Source: an uncultured Bacilli bacterium
GTDB lineage: Bacteria; Bacillota_I; Bacilli_A; RF39; UBA660
DNA length: 61,730 nt
Direction: 5' to 3'
Assembly: GCA_947623815.1 (NCBI GenBank)
Contig: CANQHO010000001.1
Span: 1-61,730 of the forward strand
Position 1 is the stretch's first letter; every line of letters begins with the position of its first letter. Under the pieces are notes generated by a model, which was not told the DNA's origin, made no database searches, and worked only from the letters and a program-made list of their open reading frames with translations. Shown piece by piece: positions 36,418-46,598 of the stretch. A program made the position numbers and the translations under genes.

Positions 36418-37260
36418 ATGAACTTTCAACACAAGGGAAACATGATATATCAATGTAATAAAGCCTTAGAGTTAATTCAAAAAGGAAAATTTAAACTCGC
36501 CAAAATTATATTAACTGATTTATTAAAAGAACATCCTCATGACTTTATAACCAACTATTATATGGGAATTATTTATTTAGATGAGGGAGAATATGAAACA
36601 GCTATAAAATATTTAAAAAGAAGTGGTTCTGAAGATAAATATTATTTAAACATTTTATATTGTTATGTCCAATTAAACATGGAAAAAGAAACTTTAGAAT
36701 TATACGAAAAATACTTAAAAAAGCCCATTGACGAACTAGCTAAATATAGTAAATTAAAATTTTATTTAGATGCGAAATATGGCAATTTAGATGAATGGTC
36801 ATTAAATTCTTATCATGGAAAGCAAATTCATGAATATCAAGAAAAAAGAGCTATTGAACATATAAAAGAAAGACATGTTGTCAACAATATAAATGGTAGT
36901 TTCAACCCCAATATCAACATTGAAGAATTATTTTACCAAGTAAAAGAACATATCAAAAATAACCCTCATGATGGGAACTTTTTTGAAAAAAATTGTACTG
37001 GTCGTTTTTTCTTTTACTACCCTAATTGTGGAACCGGATATAAAGATGATTTAACTGAAAATAGACAATTAGAAACCTGTAATTACATTGCGGTTGTTAC
37101 TGATGCCTTTAATTTAAACATATTAACCATGTATCCAACTTTGAATATTGAAAATCAAAAAATATGTTATTTAAAACCTAAAGTACAAGAAAAACAAAAT
37201 ATTAAAGTAAAAAAAGGTATAGATAGATTTTATGAAAAATATAAAAATTTTAACATTTAA
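36418..37260 (+). CDS. hypothetical protein with N-terminal TPR-like repeats
   Basis: A TPR-like stretch (ITNYYMGIIYLDEGEYETAIKYLKR). AGAGGAAA RBS. Confidence 0.6.
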   Translation: MNFQHKGNMIYQCNKALELIQKGKFKLAKIILTDLLKEHPHDFITNYYMGIIYLDEGEYETAIKYLKRSGSEDKYYLNILYCYVQLNMEKETLELYEKYLKKPIDELAKYSKLKFYLDAKYGNLDEWSLNSYHGKQIHEYQEKRAIEHIKERHVVNNINGSFNPNINIEELFYQVKEHIKNNPHDGNFFEKNCTGRFFFYYPNCGTGYKDDLTENRQLETCNYIAVVTDAFNLNILTMYPTLNIENQKICYLKPKVQEKQNIKVKKGIDRFYEKYKNFNI

Positions 37261-37270
37261 CCAGCGTTAG

Positions 37271-37684
37271 ATGTTTTTTTATCAAAAAAACATATATTTT
37301 ATTATGAATGATGATTTACAAAAAAGACTGAAAATGTTAAAAACAGAAGATTATGTATGGTTTATTTTAATAGGAATAATATTACTATCGTTATATAATA
37401 ACACTATTGAAAAAAAATTTTTACTTTTTAACGATTTAAAAAGTAAAGAAAAATATCGTGATATTCAAATATTTATCTTCTTAGTTGTATTTATTATATA
37501 TTTATACTTCGCTATAGATGGATACAAAGACATCAATTCCTTAAAACCAACCGACAGTAAAGAAAAAATAAAAGGAACTTACCTTTCATTTATAAGTGGA
37601 GTTTTAATAGCTATCGCCACCGGTATTCTTTTATACATTGCCATATTTGATAAAAATGTAGAAACCGAAATATTTTTTAATTAA
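37271..37684 (+). CDS. small membrane protein (3 predicted TM segments); start uncertain
   Basis: Hydrophobic stretches VWFILIGIILLSL, IFIFLVVFIIYLYFAI and FISGVLIAIATGILLYIAI. No clear RBS; an alternative ATG is at 37304. Confidence 0.45.
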   Translation: MFFYQKNIYFIMNDDLQKRLKMLKTEDYVWFILIGIILLSLYNNTIEKKFLLFNDLKSKEKYRDIQIFIFLVVFIIYLYFAIDGYKDINSLKPTDSKEKIKGTYLSFISGVLIAIATGILLYIAIFDKNVETEIFFN

Positions 37685-37716
37685 AAGTGTTATAATATGA
37701 AAAAGAAGGTGGTTAA

Positions 37717-38682
37717 ATGAATATTCCAAATATCAAAAAAGTCGAATTACACTTACATTTAGATGGTTCTATCTCCTTAGATTTAGTTAAAAAACTTTCT
37801 AACTTGCCGATAGAAGAAATAAAAAAACAAATGATTGCGAAAGAAAAATGTAATGACTTAAAAGACTACTTAACCCATTTTGATTTACCAATATCAATTA
37901 TGCAAACAAAAGAAAATTTAAAATTAGTAGCCCTTGATTTAATAAAACAATTAAAAAAAGATAATGTCATTTATGCCGAAGTCAGATTTGCCCCAATTTT
38001 TCACACTAAACAAGGATTAAGTATAGAAGAAGTTGTAACGACTATAAATGAAGTTTTTAATCAAGAACAAGACATAAAATTAAATTTAATTCTTTGTATG
38101 ATGCGTGGGACTAAACCAAAAGATAATGCAGAAATTATATATTTAGCCAAAAAATATTTAAATAAAGGCGTATGCGCTATTGACTTAGCCGGTGATGAAA
38201 TAAATTACCCTTTAGAACTATATAAAGACCTATTTAAAAAAGCCGATGAATTAAATATTCCTTTTACTATTCATGCGGGCGAAACAAGTAATAGTAAAGA
38301 AATAAAAAAAGCCATTCAATTTAATGCCAAACGAATTGGCCATGGTATCAAAGCAATTGATGATGATGAAGTTTTAAACATAATAAAAGAAAAACAAATT
38401 CTTTTAGAAATATGTCCAACTAGTAATATTCAAACTAATGCAGTAGATAAAATTCAAAATCATCCCGTTTATAAATTATATCAACAAGGTATATTATTAA
38501 ACATCAATACCGATAATAGAACCGTTTCCAATACCACTTTAAATAAAGAATATAAACTCCTTCAAGACACCTTTAAATTTACTACCGCAGATTTTATTAA
38601 AATGAATAAATGGGCCATTGAAAAATCTTTTTTAAACGACCAAGAAAAAGAAAAAATAAGTAAACTATTAACCAAATTTTAA
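37717..38682 (+). CDS. add: adenosine deaminase
   Basis: Motifs ELHLHLDGS, VRFAP, FTIHAGE, RIGHG and NTDN. GAAGGTGG RBS. Confidence 0.92.
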   Translation: MNIPNIKKVELHLHLDGSISLDLVKKLSNLPIEEIKKQMIAKEKCNDLKDYLTHFDLPISIMQTKENLKLVALDLIKQLKKDNVIYAEVRFAPIFHTKQGLSIEEVVTTINEVFNQEQDIKLNLILCMMRGTKPKDNAEIIYLAKKYLNKGVCAIDLAGDEINYPLELYKDLFKKADELNIPFTIHAGETSNSKEIKKAIQFNAKRIGHGIKAIDDDEVLNIIKEKQILLEICPTSNIQTNAVDKIQNHPVYKLYQQGILLNINTDNRTVSNTTLNKEYKLLQDTFKFTTADFIKMNKWAIEKSFLNDQEKEKISKLLTKF

Positions 38683-38755
38683 AATAAATAAGTAAAAAGG
38701 TAAATTTTACTTTTTTATTTTGTCTATTTATGTTATATTAAAATAGGTGATCATA

Positions 38756-39454
38756 ATGGGTAACAATAAATTTACCATTGACTTAGAAGTAGACAAACTT
38801 AAAGTAAATGCACCTTGTCCTTACTGTCGTAAACATAAAGTTGTACATCTATTATATGAACCGCAACGACCAATTTTAGAAGATTTGGAAAAAAGAAAAA
38901 TAATTAAACTATCAAGCAGCCCAATTACCTTTCATAAATCTCCTAAATACTATTGTCATGGTTGTAAAAGAGTAATATTTGATGACTCTAAAATATGTCC
39001 AATTTGTTGGCATAAAATAGACGATAAAATAACTAGAACCTGTTCACATTGTGGTTGGAAAAGAGATTTAGTTCAAGAACAAAGTCCAGATAATACTTGG
39101 GGATGTAATGTAATACCTTTTAGTCACTATCAAGATAACTGGATTTTAATTTTAAGTCTGACATTAGGTGATTCTATTTGTATCTATCCTTTAGATATCA
39201 CCAATTCCTATTTTGAAGGAATATTTATTAAATGCTTAACAACCAACAAGTCACCAATGCTTACTCCCGTTATCGTAATAAAAACCAAAAATGACGACTT
39301 TGAATATATACCAATTGGTCGTATTCAGGCAATTCAAAAAATTAAACCATTGCCAATTTCTTTAAAAGAAACTAATTTTAATCAATCTGAAGTATTTAGA
39401 AAAAACAAATTTTTAAAACCAGTTTTTTCATCGCAAAATAAAGATGTTATATAA
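38756..39454 (+). CDS. multi-zinc-ribbon protein, central CPCC-like Cys-rich segment
   Basis: Four CxxC pairs (CPYC, CHGC, CPIC, CSHC). The segment CPICWHK...CSHCGWKRDLVQEQSPD resembles the Cys_rich_CPCC pattern. Start moved to the ATG at 38756 behind a GGTGA RBS. Confidence 0.6.
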   Translation: MGNNKFTIDLEVDKLKVNAPCPYCRKHKVVHLLYEPQRPILEDLEKRKIIKLSSSPITFHKSPKYYCHGCKRVIFDDSKICPICWHKIDDKITRTCSHCGWKRDLVQEQSPDNTWGCNVIPFSHYQDNWILILSLTLGDSICIYPLDITNSYFEGIFIKCLTTNKSPMLTPVIVIKTKNDDFEYIPIGRIQAIQKIKPLPISLKETNFNQSEVFRKNKFLKPVFSSQNKDVI

Positions 39455-39477
39455 CTTCCCAAACGGAAGTTTTTTTC
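39453..39477 (+). terminator. rho-independent terminator
   Basis: AACTTCC-caaac-GGAAGTT followed by TTTTTT. Confidence 0.8.
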
Positions 39478-39540
39478 TAAAAAATATTGTGAAAATAAAA
39501 CTATAATAATATAATAAATATACAGTCGTAGGAGGTTTAA

Positions 39541-41949
39541 ATGGACTTTAATAATATAAATAAAAAAGCAATTATAATTGCTCCATATTCATATCATAAA
39601 AAATTACTTAATCAAAAAAACAACAATCATGAATTAAAAAATATAAAAATAATGACTATTGAAGAATTTTTAAAACATTTATTTTTTACATATGATGCCA
39701 AGGCTATCGTTTACTTAATCGAAAAATACCATATTAAATATCCCTTGGCCATCCTTTATTTAAATCATATATGTACCTTAGAAAATAACCTACCAATTCC
39801 TTGGTTAAAAGAAATGATGAATGACTTACTAAATCAAAATTTACTAATAAAAGATTTATTTTTTAAAGATACTCTTTTAGATAGTGAAATATACATATAT
39901 GGTTATAGTCATTTTTCTAATTACTATAAAAATATTTTAAAACCCTATAAAGTAACTTACATTCCTTTAGAAAAAAAAGACTATACCTTTCCTATTTATC
40001 AATATAATACTTTAGATGAAGAAATTGAAAACGTGGCTAATAAAATTATTTTATTACATAATGAAGGTGTTCCTTTTTCTAAAATAAAAATAATAAATGG
40101 AAACAATTTTTTTAATACTATCAACCGTATATTTACTAACTATCACATTCCTACTTTAGAAAAAAATGTTAGTATTTACTCTAGTTTATTAGTCCAAGAC
40201 TTTTTAAAAGAATTAAAAGATCCTATAGAAGAAACATTAGAAATAATAAAAAATAAATATTCCCTAAATAGAGAAGAAAATAATCAAATATATAATCAAA
40301 TAATTGAACTATTAAATAAATACTATTTTGTTGACTCATACGTTCAAATAAAAGAATGTTTAATTGAAGAATTAAAAAACATAAATGCCCAAAAAAACCA
40401 TTTAAAAGAATATGTTGAATTAGTAGAAATAGAAGACACTACTATAGAAGACAATTATTACTTTATAATTGGTATGACTCAAAATACCTTTCCCCTTTTA
40501 AAAAAAGATGATGACTTTTTATCTGACCAAGAAAAAGAAAAAATCGGTTTAGAAACCGCTAAAGAATACAATCAAAAAGAAATAGAATTTATAATAAACA
40601 AAATTAAATCTATTCCTAATAATTGGTTAAGTTTTCATAAAAATGATGGTAAAGAAGAATGTCTTCCTTCTATAATCTGTCAAAAATTAAACTTTCCTAT
40701 CACTGAAAACAATTTGTTTTCTAACATTCGTTTTTCAAAAGTGGCTGATAAAATTTCCTTAGCCATAGCCTATGATGACTGGTTAAAATTTGGAAAAACA
40801 AGTAATAATATGTCTTACTTAGCCAGCCATATCGATATTCCATATCAAAAATATAATAATCAATTTACCAATATAGATAAAAAAACAATTCAAGAAAGTA
40901 TGAAAAAATTAACCCTTTCATACACCGCATTAAATACATATTACAAATGTCCATTTAGATATTATTGTAGTTATATTTTAAAACTTGACAAATATGAAAC
41001 AACGTTTGACGCATTTGTCGGTAGTGTATTTCACAATGTATTATCTAAAGCCTTTGTCAAAGATAATACTTTAGATACTACCACTTTATATAGTCAAGCC
41101 ATTAAAGAAGAATTAACCAAATTAGACAATCAAAATTGTCAATTTACATTAACCGAAGAAAATAAAACATTTATAGAATTTTTAAAAGAAGATATCAACT
41201 TTGTAGTCGATACCATAAAAGAACAATTAAAAAATAGTCAATTAAAAAATGCCCTATTTGAAAAAGAAATTATAGTTGAAAAAGATAACGAAATACCTGT
41301 ATTTTTTAAAGGATTTATCGATAAAATCTTAATCCTTGAAGAAAATGATAAAAACTATATAGCCATAATTGACTATAAAACCGGAAAAGAAGAAATTGAA
41401 ATCAAAAATGTTAAATTTGGTTTGAACTTACAACTTCCCGTTTATTTATACTTGGCTAGCCAAATAGAAAAATGGCAAAATAATACTTATGTAACCGGTT
41501 TTTATCTGCAAAAAATATTAAACAAAGAACAAAATCAAAAGCCCGGAATATCATATAACCAATTAAAAAAAGAATCATTAAAACTAGAAGGATACTCTAA
41601 CACTAATATTGCTATCTTAGAAAAATTAGAGCCAAATTACGAAGCCAGTCAACTTATAAAAGGTATGCGGGTTAAAAATGACGGTTCATTTTATAGTACT
41701 GTAAAAAGTTTATCCGAAAAAAATATGCAAGATTTGATAAAATACGTTGATAAAAAAATAGACGAGGCCAGTAATAACATATTGAATGGCAACTTTAAAA
41801 TAGAACCTAAAAGAATTGGCAATGATGTTATTAGTTGTAATTTTTGTCCATTCAAAGAATTATGTTATTTAGAAGAAAAAAATATTCAAAACTTAACCCT
41901 ACCAGACAATTTGGACTTTTTAGGAGATGATGAAAATGAACTTTACTAA
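39541..41949 (+). CDS. addB: helicase-nuclease AddAB/RexAB subunit B (compact, no Walker A seen)
   Basis: C-terminal PD-(D/E)xK nuclease (GFIDKI...IIDYKTGK) flanked by Fe-S cysteines (YYKCPFRYYC ... CNFCPFKELC). It lies directly upstream of addA and overlaps it. Confidence 0.82.
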   Translation: MDFNNINKKAIIIAPYSYHKKLLNQKNNNHELKNIKIMTIEEFLKHLFFTYDAKAIVYLIEKYHIKYPLAILYLNHICTLENNLPIPWLKEMMNDLLNQNLLIKDLFFKDTLLDSEIYIYGYSHFSNYYKNILKPYKVTYIPLEKKDYTFPIYQYNTLDEEIENVANKIILLHNEGVPFSKIKIINGNNFFNTINRIFTNYHIPTLEKNVSIYSSLLVQDFLKELKDPIEETLEIIKNKYSLNREENNQIYNQIIELLNKYYFVDSYVQIKECLIEELKNINAQKNHLKEYVELVEIEDTTIEDNYYFIIGMTQNTFPLLKKDDDFLSDQEKEKIGLETAKEYNQKEIEFIINKIKSIPNNWLSFHKNDGKEECLPSIICQKLNFPITENNLFSNIRFSKVADKISLAIAYDDWLKFGKTSNNMSYLASHIDIPYQKYNNQFTNIDKKTIQESMKKLTLSYTALNTYYKCPFRYYCSYILKLDKYETTFDAFVGSVFHNVLSKAFVKDNTLDTTTLYSQAIKEELTKLDNQNCQFTLTEENKTFIEFLKEDINFVVDTIKEQLKNSQLKNALFEKEIIVEKDNEIPVFFKGFIDKILILEENDKNYIAIIDYKTGKEEIEIKNVKFGLNLQLPVYLYLASQIEKWQNNTYVTGFYLQKILNKEQNQKPGISYNQLKKESLKLEGYSNTNIAILEKLEPNYEASQLIKGMRVKNDGSFYSTVKSLSEKNMQDLIKYVDKKIDEASNNILNGNFKIEPKRIGNDVISCNFCPFKELCYLEEKNIQNLTLPDNLDFLGDDENELY

Positions 41950-44900
41950 AGAACAACAAGAAGCCATTGAAAAAAGTGGTAAATCTATAATAGTATCAGC
42001 CGGGGCTGGTAGTGGTAAAACAGCCGTTTTAACCGAAAGAGTATTATATAAAATTAAAAATGGCATAAACATAAACGAACTTTTAATTTTAACATTTACT
42101 AAAGCCGCCGCTTTAGAAATGAAAGAAAGAATTAGGGCTAAACTAGAAAAAGAAACCGCTTACCAAGATCAACTATCACTAATAGATACTGCTTATATCG
42201 GAACCTTTGATAGTTTTGCCTTATCAATATTAAAAAAATATAGTTATTTAAAAAATATCCGCCCCGATGTTAAAATTGCCGATAGTACAATCATTTTCCT
42301 ACAAAAAAAGAAATTATTAGATGAAATATTTAACGACTTATATATAAAAAAAGATGATGATTTTTTAAAATTTATCCATGACTTTTGTATAAAAAATGAT
42401 AAAGAAATTAAAAAATTCCTTTTAAAATTAGATAATAAATGGGATATATTAGAAAATAAATTAGAATTTTTAAATAACTATGTCGATAACTTCTATAATG
42501 AAGAAAATATCAATAATTTAGTTCAAAAATATGAACAACTTTTAAAAGATGAAATATCCACAATAAACCATCTTTTAAACCTTTTAAAAAATTATGCTGA
42601 CAATGCTTATTACGAAAAAGTTTTAGACATATTTAATCCAATTTTAAACGTCAATACCTATGAAGAATTAAAAACATTTTTAACCATTAAAATCCCAAGA
42701 CTTCCTAGTAATAGTATCGATGAAGTAAAAGAAATAAAAAATCGAATAAAAAAACAATGGGACTATATTATAAGTCTATGTAATTACGATTCTACTAACT
42801 CAATGAAAGAAGAACTATTCAAAACTAAACCTATAATTAAAACAATCATGAACATTTTAGCGACCTTAACTAAGCAAATCCAAAATTGGAAAACCCAAAA
42901 TGATTTATATGAATTTCAAGATGTCGCTATTAAATCCTTAGAAATAATTAAAGAAAACGAAAAAATAAGAGAAGAAATAAAAAATAGTTTTAAAGAAATT
43001 ATGGTTGATGAATACCAAGATACTAACGACCTGCAAAATCATTTTTTAAACTTAATTTCCAATAACAACCTTTACGTAGTTGGCGATATCAAACAATCTA
43101 TCTATCGTTTTAGAAACGCTAACCCTAAAAACTTTAAAGAAAAATATGATTTATACAAAAACGGAATCGACGGTTATAAAATAGACTTAAACAAAAACTT
43201 TCGTTCCCGAAAAGAAGTTTTGAACAATATAAACTTTATTTTTAATCAAATAATGGATGATGAAATAGGTAACGCTAAATACAAACAAGAACATCAAATG
43301 ATATATGGTAATTTAAGTTACGATAATGAAGGTAAATTAAAAGAAGACACTAATATGTCTATAATTAGATATAATTTTGATCCTAAATTAGGGTATAAAA
43401 AAGAAGAACTTGAGGCTTATTATATCGCTAAAGATATTATTTCTAAAATAAAAGATAAATATTTAATTTATAATGGTAAAAAACAATCCTTAGTACCAGT
43501 TAGTTATAAAGATTTTGCTATTCTAATAGATAGAAGTACCAAATTCCCTCTATATAAAAAAATATTTGAATATATGGGGATACCTATTAGTATTGAAAAA
43601 GATGAAAATATAAAAAGTGAAACAGAAATTGTTGTCTTAAAAAATATATTAGGTCTAATCTTATCCATATATAATCAAGTATTCGATAAAAAATTAGAAT
43701 ATTACTATGTTAGCATTGCTAGAAGTTTTGTTTTTGAAATGAATGATCAAGAAATATTTGAAAAAATAAAAAATCATCAATACTTTGATACCGAATTATT
43801 TAAAAAAGCCCAAGAAATAACTAAAATAATTGACTACTCTACCCCCAATCAAATTCTAAAAACTATCTTAAACGAATTCAACATTTATGAAGCCCTAATA
43901 AAAATAGGTAACGTAAGTTCTAGAATTACCAGAATAGAATCATTATTAGATATTGCCCAAAACTTTAGTAATATGGGATATGATATCATAACCTTTAAAG
44001 AACACATGGATGAAATAATGAATAGTGAACTTGATTTAAAAATAACTGCTCCCCATAACGATAACGATGCGGTTTTACTAACAACTATTCATAAATCCAA
44101 AGGACTAGAGTATCCTATTTGTTACTTTCCGGAACTATATAAAAAATTCAACATCGATGATTTAAAAGACAAATTTTTATACGATGAAGAATATGGAATA
44201 TCCGCAACACTGTTTGACGAAGGATTTAAAACAACAATAATAAAACCATTATTAAAGAAAAAATACATAAAAGAAGAAATATCCGAAAGAATGCGCCTAT
44301 TTTATGTCGCCTTAACTAGGGCTAAAGAAAAAATGATTTTTATAACATCATATCCCGATAAAATGGAAGAGGCTAAAGATGAATGGGGCATTATTGATAC
44401 CCAAGTTCGCTTAGAGTATCGAAGTTTTCAAGATATTTTATCATCTATTCAAAACACTTTAGAACCTTTTTATAAAGAAGTAGTTTTTGAAAAAAATGAC
44501 GTTTTAGACTCTTATAAATTCGTCAAATCTAAACCATTTCCTAAAATCGATAATCAAGAAAAATACATTTTAAAAGAAATTCCTTGGAATTTAGAAATTC
44601 AAAAAAACAAACATTTTTCTAAATCATTAAATAAACTACTTATCACCAAAGAAAAAAATAATATTGAACTAGGTCTTTTACTCCATCAATATTTAGAAAA
44701 CCTTGATTTTATAAAACCTCAAGAATATCTAAATAAATTAGAACCTTTCTATCAAAAAAAATTAAAAGATTTTTTAAATACCCCCCTACTAAAAGACGTA
44801 TCTAAAGCCAATATTTTGAAAGAATATGAATTTATTTATCAAAAAGATAATATCGAATATCACGGTATCATCGATTTAATGTTAGAATATGAAGATCATA

Positions 44901-45055
44901 TTGATATAATTGACTACAAACTGAAAAGTATCGACGATGAAAATTATTTAAATCAACTTCATGGATACCAAGAATATATTGAAAACCTAACCGATAAACA
45001 AACCGATATATATTTGTATTCTATTTTAGATAACACCATGAAAAAATTAAATTAA
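41936..45055 (+). CDS. addA: helicase-nuclease AddAB/RexAB subunit A (UvrD/PcrA-type helicase plus C-terminal nuclease)
   Basis: Motifs AGAGSGKTAVLTER, TFTKAAALEM, VDEYQDTN, NFRS and TIHKSKGLEY, plus the C-terminal nuclease GIIDLM...IIDYKLK. The third ATG is preferred on RBS spacing. Confidence 0.92.
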   Translation: MNFTKEQQEAIEKSGKSIIVSAGAGSGKTAVLTERVLYKIKNGININELLILTFTKAAALEMKERIRAKLEKETAYQDQLSLIDTAYIGTFDSFALSILKKYSYLKNIRPDVKIADSTIIFLQKKKLLDEIFNDLYIKKDDDFLKFIHDFCIKNDKEIKKFLLKLDNKWDILENKLEFLNNYVDNFYNEENINNLVQKYEQLLKDEISTINHLLNLLKNYADNAYYEKVLDIFNPILNVNTYEELKTFLTIKIPRLPSNSIDEVKEIKNRIKKQWDYIISLCNYDSTNSMKEELFKTKPIIKTIMNILATLTKQIQNWKTQNDLYEFQDVAIKSLEIIKENEKIREEIKNSFKEIMVDEYQDTNDLQNHFLNLISNNNLYVVGDIKQSIYRFRNANPKNFKEKYDLYKNGIDGYKIDLNKNFRSRKEVLNNINFIFNQIMDDEIGNAKYKQEHQMIYGNLSYDNEGKLKEDTNMSIIRYNFDPKLGYKKEELEAYYIAKDIISKIKDKYLIYNGKKQSLVPVSYKDFAILIDRSTKFPLYKKIFEYMGIPISIEKDENIKSETEIVVLKNILGLILSIYNQVFDKKLEYYYVSIARSFVFEMNDQEIFEKIKNHQYFDTELFKKAQEITKIIDYSTPNQILKTILNEFNIYEALIKIGNVSSRITRIESLLDIAQNFSNMGYDIITFKEHMDEIMNSELDLKITAPHNDNDAVLLTTIHKSKGLEYPICYFPELYKKFNIDDLKDKFLYDEEYGISATLFDEGFKTTIIKPLLKKKYIKEEISERMRLFYVALTRAKEKMIFITSYPDKMEEAKDEWGIIDTQVRLEYRSFQDILSSIQNTLEPFYKEVVFEKNDVLDSYKFVKSKPFPKIDNQEKYILKEIPWNLEIQKNKHFSKSLNKLLITKEKNNIELGLLLHQYLENLDFIKPQEYLNKLEPFYQKKLKDFLNTPLLKDVSKANILKEYEFIYQKDNIEYHGIIDLMLEYEDHIDIIDYKLKSIDDENYLNQLHGYQEYIENLTDKQTDIYLYSILDNTMKKLN

Positions 45056-45114
45056 ATAAGCATTTTTAACCAATAATTGCATATACTATGAGTAGAACCA
45101 TGACACCTTAAAAT

Positions 45115-45143
45115 TTGACTATCCATGGTATGTATGTTATAAT
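45115..45143 (+). promoter_or_regulatory. sigmaA-type promoter (TTGACT-17-TATAAT)
   Basis: TTGACT at 45115-45120 and TATAAT at 45138-45143, upstream of the 45178 gene. Confidence 0.6.
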
Positions 45144-45177
45144 TATATCGCTGGTAACAGTTTAATGAGGTGAAAAT

Positions 45178-45957
45178 GTGAAATTAAATAAGATTGAAAT
45201 TACTATAGGTTCAGCAATGGCCTTCATAGTTATTTTAGTCACATTGATTGTTATTAACACCAAACAAAATAATGTGAAATATAGTAATAAACTTTCTTCT
45301 TTAAAAGAAGAAGCAGTAAAAATGAGTAATAGTGTTGCTTTAGCGGATACTCCTAACAATACATCAAACGTCAATGTTGCGATGCAACAAGAACAAGTAT
45401 TAGGAAGCGTCAAAGAAGGAGACGCTAAAGAACTTGCCGAAGAAGAACAAGCCAAAGTAAAAGAAGATGAAAAACAAAAACAACAAGAAATTGCCAAAGA
45501 AGAAAAAAATAAAACGACTAAAAAAGCCACATCATCAACAAGTAACTACAAAGGATTATCGGCTAGCGAAATTGGTCGTAAAATTGATACTTTGTTAAAA
45601 AAATCAACCTTGAAAGGAAAAGGGACTGTATTTGCGGAAAAAGCGTTAGCGTTAAATATGGATCCATACTTAGCGGCATCCGTTATGTTACATGAAACAG
45701 GATGTGCTTGGAAATGTAGTAACTTAGTCAGAACAAAATACAATTTAGGTGGATTAAAAGGTTCTAATGGTAGTTATAAAAAATTTAGTAGTTTAGAAAA
45801 AGGTATAGAAGGTTATATAAATATTTTATATAAAAACTATTACTCAAAAGGTTTAACTACACCAGAAAAAATGGCGAGAAAATATACCGGACAAAAAAAT
45901 CCTAGTACTTGGATTTCAAAAGTTAGAAGTTATATGAAAAAAATAGAAAAGGCTTAA
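45178..45957 (+). CDS. membrane-anchored glucosaminidase-domain (LytD/FlgJ-like) cell-wall hydrolase
   Basis: GTG start with a GAGGTGA RBS, an N-terminal TM segment, and a charged linker. The C-terminal domain has AASVMLHETG ... NLGGLKG ... YINILYKNYY. Confidence 0.7.
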   Translation: MKLNKIEITIGSAMAFIVILVTLIVINTKQNNVKYSNKLSSLKEEAVKMSNSVALADTPNNTSNVNVAMQQEQVLGSVKEGDAKELAEEEQAKVKEDEKQKQQEIAKEEKNKTTKKATSSTSNYKGLSASEIGRKIDTLLKKSTLKGKGTVFAEKALALNMDPYLAASVMLHETGCAWKCSNLVRTKYNLGGLKGSNGSYKKFSSLEKGIEGYINILYKNYYSKGLTTPEKMARKYTGQKNPSTWISKVRSYMKKIEKA

Positions 45958-45996
45958 AATAAGTCTTTTTTATGTTATAATGATTATGGTGGTTGT

Positions 45997-46515
45997 ATGC
46001 GAGAAGATATATTGAATCAAGTTAGAATAGAATATAAAAAATTAAAAAAAGAAATACTTTTAAAATATAAAGAAAACTTATTAAAAAACGGTGAATTAAA
46101 TAAAGATAATATAGTCTTACAAGCATTTAATAATATTCCCAATGCCTCATCAATTCATATCATCGATAGTAATCACTTAGTTATCTACATGGGAAGTTAC
46201 ATCCAAGAAAAAACCGACTATGGTAACAATTCCTACCTTACCTATGAAGGCAATCCCAACACGGATTATAAATCATATATAGACATTGAAACAGATATTA
46301 CTTACAACATTGAATTAGATAGATGTGAAGAATTTGAAAGTGTTTTTACCGTCTTACATGTTTCCAATTCTTATCAACAACCAGAACTTTTAAAAAAAGT
46401 CATAACTATTAAAAATTATTTCAAACAAGAAATAATGGAAAGATCCCAACAAGATGTAGTTAACGAATTACAAGTAAAATATAAACAAAAGTGCAAACAG
46501 AATATCACTATATAA
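45997..46515 (+). CDS. hypothetical protein (172 aa)
   Basis: ORF with a GGTGG RBS and a terminator directly downstream. No recognisable motif. Confidence 0.55.
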   Translation: MREDILNQVRIEYKKLKKEILLKYKENLLKNGELNKDNIVLQAFNNIPNASSIHIIDSNHLVIYMGSYIQEKTDYGNNSYLTYEGNPNTDYKSYIDIETDITYNIELDRCEEFESVFTVLHVSNSYQQPELLKKVITIKNYFKQEIMERSQQDVVNELQVKYKQKCKQNITI

Positions 46516-46538
46516 ATTCACAAAATGTGAATTTTTTT
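46514..46538 (+). terminator. rho-independent terminator
   Basis: AAATTCACA-aaa-TGTGAATTT with a T-run. Confidence 0.8.
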
Positions 46539-46598
46539 AAATTAAACTTTTTATCATAAAAAAGACAAGCCTTCATAAAATTTATTAGGAGGCAAAAT

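Noticed and set aside
45162-45530. A 122-aa minus-strand ORF (Ser/Cys/Leu-rich) antisense to the glucosaminidase gene.
   Set aside because: It is the mirror image of the Lys/Glu-rich linker on the plus strand and has no RBS. The plus-strand gene has a promoter, an RBS and a recognisable domain.
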